64,000 nucleotides of DNA from an uncultured Planctomycetota bacterium (GTDB lineage Bacteria; Planctomycetota; Planctomycetia; Gemmatales; Gemmataceae). This document shows positions 32,017-40,890 of this stretch, one piece after another. Each line of letters opens with the position of its first letter. The stretch's first letter is position 1. The notes below the pieces were generated by a model. The model saw only the letters and a list, made by a program, of their open reading frames with translations, did no database searches and was not told where the DNA came from. The translations under genes and the position numbers were made by a program. The stretch is from positions 512,001 through 576,000 of the forward strand of contig CAWKHF010000001.1 in NCBI GenBank assembly GCA_963849325.1, in the 5' to 3' direction.

Positions 32017-33688
32017 TCAATGAATGAGATTGGCCAGGTCTTGCATCACCTGGCTGCTGATGGAGATGGAGCGTGAGTTGGCCTCGAAGCTCTGCTGCGC
32101 CGTGATGAGCTGCGTGAACGACTGCGACACGTCCACGTTCGACGATTCCAGGGAGCCGCCCTGGACGGAGCCACGTCCGCCGGCTTGCCCGCCCGCGACC
32201 TGGCGGCAGTCCCGAATTGATGGTCTGGCTGTAGTAATTGCTGCCGTCGAGGCTCAGGCCGGCCGGGTTGCTGAATTGAGCGATGGCCAGCTGCGCCAAC
32301 GGGAAAATCTGGCCGTTGGTGAAGACGCCATTGATGGTGCCGTCCTGGGCCACCGACACGCTGGACAGCGTGCCGGCGGCGTAGCCGTCCTGGTTCGTCG
32401 CCGCCGCCGACGATTGCCCGCCGAACTGCGTCAGGCCGTTGAAGCCGTTGGCCGAGCCGAAATTGAAGGACACCGTCTGCGGCGCCGACAGGCCGTTGAT
32501 CTGGAAGGAAACGGTGCCGCTGCCGCTGACCTGGCGGAACGAGCCGTTGTCGTTGAAAGTGATGCCCGTGACCGTGCTGTTGATCATGGTGCCGTCCGTG
32601 GACGGCAGCGATGCGGTCATGTTCCAGGTGTTGTCGGCCTGCTTCTGGAACGTCAGCGACAGGTTGTGCGCCGTACCTTGCGTGTCGAAAATCTGGATGG
32701 TGCCGTTGACGATGGCGCCGTCCTCGCCGGCCGTCGTCGCTTGCATGGCGTGATTGCTCCAGCTCGTCGCCCCCGTGTCGCTGGCGCCGTCGCTGACGGA
32801 CACCTGGAGCTTGGACGGTCCCGTGGTCGCGGATTGCACGACCAGGTTACCGTTGACGATCGAGCGGCCTGGGCGCCGGCGAAGTCCGTGTTGATGGCGG
32901 TGACGACGTCCCCTAGCTTGGTGCTCGGACTGACGTTCAGCGTGGCATTGACGGCGTTGCCCGCCGCGTCGGTGCCCTGCAGGACGAGCGTGTCCGTGCT
33001 CGTGGCCACGGGCGGATAGGGCGTCTGGTTGTCGGCGAGGTTGTTCAGGAGCGTCGCGGAGGTAGCGTCGCTGGTGACGCCGCCGCTCGTGGTCTGGAAG
33101 GGCGACGCCGAGGTCAGGGTTTGGGCCACCGGGCCGGCGGCCGTGGCACTGAGGTTGCCTTGCAAGGTGACGTTGGCCGTCGCCTGGCCGGCGACGCCGG
33201 TCCCCAGGGGGATTTTGATGTCGCTGGTGCCGGGCGTCTGGAAGCCGGGACTGGTCGCGGTCGCCTCGCCGACCGCGCCGTGCGCTGGATTGCATAGCCG
33301 GTCGCCGGATCGACCAGATAGCCGTTGGCGTCGATGCTGAAGGCGCCGGCGCGGGTGTACACGTCCTGGCTGCCGTTGTTGGCCACGAAAAAGCCCGAGC
33401 CTTGGATGGCCATGTCCAGCGGGATTGCCGGTCGTCGTCAACGCGCCCTGCGTGAAGTTGGTGTCCATGCTCGAGGTCTTGGTGCCGAAGCCGGCTTGGA
33501 CGGGGTTGGTGCCGCCCGTGCTGGACAACGAGGCCGGCGACAGCGTCTGATAGAGCAGGTCCGAAAACAACGGCGTCTGCGACTTGAAGCCGGTCGTGTT
33601 GAGGTTGGCGAGATCGTTGCCCACCACGTCGAGCATCTGCTGGCTGGCCAGCAAACCGGACACGCCCGGCTAACAGAGAACTGGACAT
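32017..33688 (-). CDS. flgE: Hook protein FlgE (indel-split)
   Basis: DVVGNDLANLNTTGFK, MAIQGSGFF, YTRAGAF, DGYAAG and LESSNVD..AQQSFEAN. Confidence 0.93.
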
Positions 33689-33729
33689 CGATGCTATCTC
33701 CTGTTGCGATTCCTTGACTCGTCGTACTC

Positions 33730-33793
33730 CCGAGCGGGGGGCGTCAGCCCCCTGAATGTTCGCGGACTCAGGAGGCTGACGCCCCCCGCTCGG
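33730..33793. repeat. REP-like inverted repeat, family G
   Basis: CCGAGCGGGGGGCGTCAGCCCCCTGA...TCAGGAGGCTGACGCCCCCCGCTCGG. Confidence 0.85.
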
Positions 33794-33802
33794 CGTTTGT
33801 TC

Positions 33803-34223
33803 TTAGCTGGCCCCCTGGACGATGCCGGTGACCTGGGCGACCGGCACCTGCTGGTTGCCGACCTGGACTTGCAGCTGTCCATTCTGCACGCTGACCCCCT
33901 GCACGACGCCCTGGCTGTTCGGGCTGGAACCCGATTGCGTGAACGTCACCGTCTTGCCCATCAGGGCGGCCCCCTGAGCGAGTTGCTGCAACTGGAGCAT
34001 CTGCTGCACGGTGGTATTGAGCTGCTCGATGCCGCTCATGGTGGACATCTGGGCCAGCTGCGAGGTGAAGTCCGTGGCGCTGACCGGGTTGAGGGGGTCT
34101 TGCGCCTTCAGCTGCGCCGTGAGCAGTTGCAAAAATTGCTGCTGGTTGAGCATCGCTGGCGAGGACGTTCCACTCGCGGACGACGACGATGAGGTTGCGT
34201 TCGATACGCCGGAGATCGGCCAT
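33803..34223 (-). CDS. flgD: Hook cap protein FlgD (indel near the 5' end)
   Basis: FLQLLTAQLKAQDPLNP..FTSQLAQ and LMGKTV. Confidence 0.93.
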
Positions 34224-34257
34224 AACTCTTCTCCTGTCTCGTTGCCGACATCCCGGC

Positions 34258-35697
34258 TCAGGCCAGGACGTTGATTCCATTCGTGGGGGCGAGCGCGGCG
34301 CCGCTACGGCGGCGGCGGGGCGCACCGGCGGAGAGACCGGGGCGACGGTCTGGGTCGGCGCTGGGGCGGCGGTTGCTGTCCGCCACGGGAGCCACTGCCG
34401 CCGCTGCTCACGTCGAAGCCGGTCAGCGACACGCCGGCTTGCGCCAGGGACTGGCGCAGGTGGTGAGCCTGGTCTTGCAGCAGTTGCCGCGTCCCATCCT
34501 GGGCGGTCACGATGCGGGCCGAGATCGTGTGGTCGGTGGCGCGAAGGTGGATCTGCACCGTGCCCAGCTGCGGCGGCTCCAGGCGCAGGTGGAAAACGGT
34601 CTGTCCGTCGCGGTGGACCACGTCGGCCTGGGCGACGAACGCTCGCGTCAGCTGGTCGGCAACCGGAGCGGCCGGCTGGTTGTCGGCAGGTCCGGGCGAC
34701 GGGGGGGCCGACGGGGCGGCGATCCCGACGGCAGCCACGGCCGGCGGCGGAGGCGTGGAGACGGTCGCGTCGGACGTTTGCGGGGGTCCGTCGTGTCGTT
34801 CGGGAGTGGACACCGAGGCCGCGACGGCCGGCGCGGCCTTCTCGACCTGGCCGGTCGTCGCCATCCCGATCGTCTGCCGCAGCACGGTCGAGGGAAGGCT
34901 TTCCGCGACAGTCGATGACAATGGGATGTCACTGATTGCCTCGGAGGTCGCAGCGGGGTGAACCGCCGTCGTTTCGTGAGTGCTTGCACTCGGGCGCTCG
35001 CGGCGACGGCAGACTCGCCCGGAGCGATGGTCCCGAACGCCGCCGCGACACCGGAGCCCTCCGGCGTTCCTTGCGGATTCGGGCCACGGACGCCAAGCAG
35101 AGACGGAGCGGAACTGTTGGTTCCCGGCTCTTCGTGCTCCGCCGCCGACACCGATGTCGGGGTCGTTTCCGGAGACCCCACGGGTCGGGCGACGGGAAGG
35201 CTTGGGGACGCCGTTGCCGCCCTGGCCGCCTGCGCTCGCGCGGCCATCGCCCCGGAGGGTGCCGGGGAGGACGGCCGGATGGAAGCCGCCGCCGGGGCCG
35301 CCGCTGTCGATGCGGAGGGTGCCACCCGCTTCACCGCCACGGCCGTGGCCACGGCCAGGGCCGAAGCGGCCGGTGGCGCGGCGACGGCGATCGTCGAACC
35401 GGAAGCCGACCCGCTCGGCGTATCCTTGCCGATTTTCGGCGTCCCCTTCTTGGCGCGGAGGCGGGAACGATGGTGGACGCCGCCGGTGGGATGATCGCGT
35501 GCGAGGCGCTGACAGCGGCCAGGCAGGCCGCGAAGGCATTCGCGGGGTTCGTCGGGTCCGTGGCGGTCTTGTCCGCGTCCGGCGGCTTGACCGGCGCCGT
35601 GCTTGCCGGCGCCGGTTGAGGCGGAGGAATGAGCGAGACCGATCGCCGTGCCGACGATGCTGACGAGCTTGCTGGGCACGAAGGCAATGGCGGGCAT
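34258..35697 (-). CDS. fliK: Hook-length control protein FliK (indel-split)
   Basis: Long A/P/T/S-rich region, LRLEPPQLGTVQI..LRQSLAQAGV and C-terminal GINVLA. Upstream of flgD. Confidence 0.88.
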
Positions 35698-35789
35698 GGC
35701 GACCGAGTCCGTGGTGCGGTGCGGAGAGCAATCCCGATGCATCCTACCACACGCCGCTTCGCGGCGCGGCCGGTCGTGGCGACAGCGCT

Positions 35790-36164
35790 TCACGATTTCC
35801 TCAGGTAAGCGCGTTGCATTTGGCGCCGACGGTTGCAGGCGTCAAGTTCGGCCGCCAGGACGTCGCGGCGAGCGCGAGCCGACTCCTCGATGGTCCGCAG
35901 GTGGCCGGCCAACTGTCGAATGAGGTCGGCGGCGCGGGCCATGACGCCGCGCAAGGCGACGCCGGCGCGGCGGCCCTCCTGCTCCCAACGACGCTTCTCC
36001 GATGCGATGCCGGCCTCCGAAGCGGCAACCTCGTCGAGCAGCTCCAGCACCCGGCGCAAGCGGTCGTCGGGGTGCTCGCCCCGGCCGCACGCCTCGGCCA
36101 ACTCGGCGGCCAGCGGCACGGCCCGCGCGTAACAGTCCGCCTGCCGCACGAAGGCCGCGTGCAA
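35790..36164 (-). CDS. FlgN/FliT-like helical chaperone (true start uncertain, possibly 36259 or 36223)
   Basis: All-helical ~125 aa ending in QMQRAY. Flagellar context. Confidence 0.55.
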   Translation of the reverse strand: MHAAFVRQADCYARAVPLAAELAEACGRGEHPDDRLRRVLELLDEVAASEAGIASEKRRWEQEGRRAGVALRGVMARAADLIRQLAGHLRTIEESARARRDVLAAELDACNRRRQMQRAYLRKS

Positions 36165-36174
36165 GACAACTTCC

Positions 36175-36250
36175 AGTTCTGAGTTCTGAGTTCTGAGTTC
36201 TGAGTTCTGAGTTGGGTCTTCACTCAGAACTCGGAACTCAGAACTCAGGA
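36175..36250. repeat. Inverted heptamer tandem repeat (AGTTCTG)5 / (CAGAACT)n
   Basis: Five perfect AGTTCTG units at 36175-36209, then about four degenerate inverted units. Confidence 0.9.
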
Positions 36251-36255
36251 TTCGC

Positions 36256-37265
36256 TCATGGCTTCCTCGGAGTCACGGCCTGGCGTCGCGGCCGCAGCTC
36301 GTCCAGCTGCCCTTCCAGCTCGCGCCGCTCTTTCATCGCCCGTAGATACCAACGGGCGTTCTCGACCAGAACGTCGTTGCCGTCGGAGTTGGCCACTTCG
36401 CGGTACAGCATCGACGCCTCGTCCGTCTTGCCCAGCTTGCGCAGACAGCAAGCCATCATGTACTGGATGGTGACCCGAGCGTCCGTCCGCTGCTCGTCCT
36501 GCTGGAGCTGACGATACTGCTGCAGGGCGGCGGCGTGATCGCCCGCCAGGAAGAGCGACTGGGCCAACGACAGCGGATCGACCGGGGCGGTTGTCAATAA
36601 CTTGGCCGAAGCGTCCGCCTGTTTCGCGGGCGGCCCGGATGGCAGAGGTTGCGCCGAATGGGCCGACGAGGCCGACGACGGTGATGGCGCGACAGAGGTG
36701 GTTGGCGGTTTGACGGCCGTTTGCGGATTGGGCGGGGTTTTCTTGTCCTCGTTCGGTTTCGCGGATGGCGCCGGTGCCAGCCCTTTGTTGTTCATGCGGA
36801 CGGCCTTGCCCACCAGCTCGGTGATGCGGCGGCGCAGCCGGGCGGCATCGTCGCCGCCGGCGCGAGACTCCCGAACGGTGAGCAAAGACATCTCCTCGTT
36901 GAGCATCGCCTCGCGCTCCATGCGCAGACCCTCGATCTCGCGGTGTAGACCCTGGATTTCGGCCGGAGGAGCGGTGCGGAGGTAGCCCGGTAGGGCCAGG
37001 CGCGGCGGGGCCGGCGTCTGCTCGTGCGGCATGGGCGCGGCCTCCTCGCCGGGCGACGACGGCGGCATCGGGACGCCGCCTGCCGGACCAGGCAGCTCCC
37101 GAGGAGCGGGCGCCGGCTCTTCGCGCGGCGTCGATGCGGGCACCGGCCGCGGCGCGGGCAAGGCATCCTCGCCGGGCGCAGCGCCGGCGGCGCCCCGGGC
37201 GGCGGCTCCGCCGCCAGCAGACCGACACCCACGAGTACGACCAGACATCTCGCCGACCTGTGCAT
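36256..37265 (-). CDS. Exported Pro-rich coiled-coil TPR protein (indel near the 5' end)
   Basis: Signal-like CLVVLVGVGLLAA. C-terminal TPR LAQSLFLAGD..ALQQY..YMMACCLRKLGK. Confidence 0.75.
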
Positions 37266-37388
37266 GGTTGTTCGATCCCGCTTGACGGCGGAGGGAGGAC
37301 CGGCTTCAATTGGGCCGCCACGGTTGGCGTGGCTGGAAGTCCCTCACCCCTCGCCTTGGTTGGGGGCTGTCGAAATAACAGGTTCTTC

Positions 37389-37446
37389 GTTTAGCCGCGA
37401 CGCGGAGCGCGTCTGTCTCGCGCTCCGCTGCGCGTCGCGGCTAAAC
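37389..37446. repeat. REP/REPIN-like inverted repeat, family B
   Basis: Family B arms. The left arm has a 5-bp deletion. Confidence 0.85.
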
Positions 37447-37468
37447 TTACCCGGATGTCCCCCCAGTC

Positions 37469-37885
37469 ATGGAAAACCGACGCCAGACCTATCGCCACTC
37501 CTTCGTCCCCGCGGAAGCTCTGCGCGTGGAACTCTACCGGCCGGGAACGCAGGACAAGATCGACTGCGATTTGCTGGACCTCTCTCTCGGCGGCATGCGG
37601 GTGCGGCTGCGGAACGCGGTCCAGCGCCTCCGCGCCGGCGACTCGGTCATCACCCATCTGCTCGGCCGCGAGGCGCCGTCGCCGGTGGAGCTGAGCCTGT
37701 CCCTGCCTTCCTGCGTCGCCCACGTGGACCGGCACCGCGATGGCATCATCTACGGCGTCCAATTTCTGCCCAGCGCCAACCCCGGCGCCAACGAGAAGGT
37801 CGAGAAGACGCTGGCGCGTTTTCTCATCGCGGAGCAACGGCGGTTGCGACGGCAGGCGCAAGCCACGGATGACGCGGAGGCGTAA
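37469..37885 (+). CDS. PilZ-domain protein
   Basis: RRQTYR (RxxxR), DLSLGG (DxSxxG) and YGVQF. Confidence 0.9.
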   Translation: MENRRQTYRHSFVPAEALRVELYRPGTQDKIDCDLLDLSLGGMRVRLRNAVQRLRAGDSVITHLLGREAPSPVELSLSLPSCVAHVDRHRDGIIYGVQFLPSANPGANEKVEKTLARFLIAEQRRLRRQAQATDDAEA

Positions 37886-37889
37886 CGCT

Positions 37890-38011
37890 CTCGTTCCCAA
37901 GCTCTGCTTGGGAACGTACGGTTGCGAAGCTCTGCTTCGCGGACTGTCCCTGACCGAGCGGGAAGCAGAGCTTCCCAGACCTGCGTTCCCAAAGCAGAGC
38001 TTGGGAACGAG
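37890..38011. repeat. Four-hairpin inverted repeat element, family E
   Basis: CTCGTTCCCAAGCTCTGCTTGGGAACG and GCGAAGCTCTGCTTCGC, followed by their inverted counterparts. Confidence 0.88.
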
Positions 38012-38027
38012 GATTCTCCGAGACCCA

Positions 38028-40188
38028 TCACGGCGGCAATTCGCCGGATAGACAGCGGATGGCCTTGTCGCGCTCGCCGATCTGTTCGTAGGCGCCGGCC
38101 ATGAGACGCAGCACGGCCGGCACGTCCACGCCGCTGGACTGCTGTAACAATTCTCGACAGCACTTCAGACAATCTTGCGGTTTTTTTTCGCGCAGGGCGA
38201 TCTCGGCCAGGCGCAACCGGGCGCGTGTCGCCTCCGTCCGACGGCCCGGCGGCGATCAGCTTGCGGTACAGCGCGACGGCATCGTCGCGGCGGTCGGCCG
38301 CCGTGTACGCCTCGGCCAGGGACATCGACACCTCCGCCGCTAGCGGGCCGCCCATCCGGGGCAGGGCCTTCTCGTATAGCCGCACCATCTCCTCGTGCAT
38401 GCCCATCTCTTGATACGCCTGGCCGCGGAGCACCAGTCCCGCGGGGCCGAGAATGGGATCGTCGCGCACGGCCAGAAGGGCGGCCAGCAGGTCGGCCGCC
38501 TCGCGCTGACGACGGCGGCGGTCGGTGGTGACGGCACGGAAGCGGGCCAGGGTATCCAGGAAGGCGGCGGCGTTGCGGTAACGGTCCTGGCCGACCAGTT
38601 CGCGGTGTTCCAGCAGGACGGCGTTGGCGGCGCGCGGGTTGTCGGTCAGCAGGTGAGCGGCGGCCATGGTGATCGCCGCCGCCGCGTGGGCCGGCGAACC
38701 GGGACCGCTGCCCAGTCCACGCCGCAATGGCGACAACGCCTGTTCGGGATCGCCTTCCTCCAGATAGATGCGGCCGACGCGCCAGTAGGCCAACGGCGCC
38801 AGCTCGTGGGCCGGCGCCCGATCGACGACCCGGTAGAACGCCTGGCGCGCCCCGGCCGATCGCCCTGACGGCCGCGCAGCAGGCCGAGATTGTAATGGGC
38901 CTCGATGGCCAGCGGCGAACGCGGCCATTCGCGGACCAGTCGGCCGTACCAGGTGATGGCCTCGTCGAGCCGGCCGTCCAGCGCCTCCAGGTCGCCCAGT
39001 TCGAGATAGGCCGCCGGCGTCAGCGGATGGCGCGAGTAGGTCAGCACCGCCTCGCGCAGCGCCCGCCGAGCGTTGCTGGCCCGCAGCGTCTTGAGTTCCT
39101 CCGCCGACGTTTCCTCCTCGCTGGCAAACGTCAGCCGATCGCCGCGAATGTGCCACACCAGCCCCAACGATTCGGCCAGGACGCGCAGGGCGTCCGGCAG
39201 CGACGTGCGCTCCAGGGCGACTACCACGCTGCGCCCCTCCACCTGCTGGCGGGCGCGGGGCGTCCATTCGATGCGCAAACGGGCCTGCTCGGCCAGGCGA
39301 TCAAGCAGGCCGGTGACGGCCATTTGATGCACGCAAACGCGGACCAGGGCGACGGCGCCTGGCTGGACCTCGATGACCTCCTCGCCCTCCGCCGCCTCGA
39401 CCTCCGGCTCGCGGCCTGGTCCCCCCCAGTCCACGGCGCGCTCCAGGCACCAGTCGGAGGTGAAGGGGCTGACCGGGTCGTCGCGGAACGGTCCCGGCGG
39501 CTCGTTGGGCAAGATCTCCAGCGGGCCGGCCAGGGCGAGCAGGTAACGAGCGTCGGCCAGGAACGGTTGACCGCGCAGGTTCGGCGCGGCGGAGCGGCGG
39601 ATCAAATCGCACAACAGCGCCTTGGCCTCGGCCGGTCGGCGCAGTGCGCAGCCACACCCGCGCCTGTCCCAGAAGGGCGATGGCGGCGGTTCGCGCCGAC
39701 GGCGTGCGGCCGGCCAGCTTCCGGTAGGCCGTCAGCGCCTCGTCCCAGTGGCCGATTCCCTCCAGCGACAGACCGAGACGATACTGAAAGGCGTCGCGCA
39801 GCTCGGCGGCGGCGCGGTCGCTGAAGGAGCGACACAGGACCAGGGCCAGCTCGAATCGAGACACGCGGAGGAGACGGTCCACCTCGTCCAACTCGGCCTG
39901 GGCGGCGCGGCCCTCCGCCGGCGCCGGAGCCGCCGGCGGCTGAAGAACGGCGGCTTGCGGATGCTCGGCTGACACCGACGGCTCGGGCGTCTCGGGCAAG
40001 ACCAGGCGCGAGCCGAGACGGAACGTGCCGGCGACCAGGCCCAGCTGAAACAGACACACCAACGGCCAGCCGAACGAGCGCAGCCAGCCGCGTACCCCGC
40101 GCCGGAGCGGCCGGGGCGGATCGGGCGCATCGTCGGCCGTCGGGGCGTTGCCACGGCCAACCTCATCGGGGGCCTTCCCGGGCCGCAT
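38028..40188 (-). CDS. Membrane-anchored multi-TPR protein with STN/secretin-N0-like domain (indel-split)
   Basis: N-terminal TM and TPRs (YRLGLSLE.GHWDEAL, AYLELGDLE, AHYNLG, AYWRVGRIY). Middle region LLDRLAEQARLRIEW..SLPDALRVLAESLGLVW. Confidence 0.75.
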
Positions 40189-40234
40189 GATCGATTCAAC
40201 CCTTCAAACCGTTAGACTCTGCCTCTTCCACCCT

Positions 40235-40262
40235 TTATCGGCACACGGAAAATCACTCTTGA
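40235..40262 (-). promoter_or_regulatory. Sigma28-like promoter for the TPR gene
   Basis: TCAAG-N15-GCCGATAA with a perfect -10. Confidence 0.65.
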
Positions 40263-40275
40263 GGTTGAAAGGGAA

Positions 40276-40302
40276 GCAACTTTCCGCCGGGCCGTTCGAT
40301 AA
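40276..40302 (+). promoter_or_regulatory. Sigma28 promoter (canonical spacing) for flgM
   Basis: GCAACTTT-N11-TTCGATAA versus the consensus TAAAGTTT-N11-GCCGATAA. Confidence 0.6.
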
Positions 40303-40348
40303 GGAGAGAGAGGGAATGGAGTTTCCTCGCACGACGAAGGAGTTCCAG

Positions 40349-40654
40349 ATGCGGATTACCAACTCGACGAACCAGACCGCGGGCAGTCCGGCCGACGGCG
40401 CGACGCCGCCAACCCCGCGTACCGACGCGGCCACGTCGGCCCTCGCGGGCACCCATCTGTCGTCGTCGTCCGTCTCCGCACCGGCCTCTAGCCTGGCGCC
40501 GTCCTTCGATCTGCTCCGCCTGAATACTCTCTTGCAGCAGATCCCGCCGGCCCGTCCCGACGCGATCGCCGAAATCCTCCAGCGGCTCACTTCCGGTCAG
40601 CTGAACACGCCGGACGCCCTCGATTCGACTGCTCGCGCCATGCTGGGAATTTGA
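40349..40654 (+). CDS. flgM: Anti-sigma28 factor FlgM-like
   Basis: MRI start, low-complexity N-terminus and P.R.D.IAEILQRLTSGQL..ARAML. Upstream of fliC. Confidence 0.75.
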   Translation: MRITNSTNQTAGSPADGATPPTPRTDAATSALAGTHLSSSSVSAPASSLAPSFDLLRLNTLLQQIPPARPDAIAEILQRLTSGQLNTPDALDSTARAMLGI

Positions 40655-40789
40655 TCACCAAGCCTGAAGCGTCCTGGCCTCTGCGTCCGCGCCTTTCCGT
40701 CCCCTCCTCCCGATTTTTCCGAATGCGCCTATCGCAGCGATCGCGCCCAAGGCGCCGGCGCGGGAAAAATCGTCCCCCTGCCTTTTCGG

Positions 40790-40816
40790 GCAAGTTCGCG
40801 GAGTAAAGATCGATAA
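40790..40816 (+). promoter_or_regulatory. Sigma28 promoter (canonical spacing) for fliC
   Basis: GCAAGTTC-N11-ATCGATAA. Confidence 0.65.
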
Positions 40817-40890
40817 GACAGGACAACCACGCTGACGTGGCGGGTTACGCAAGGTCCCCTCATCTTCCCATGTAGGAGAGGCAACACGGT

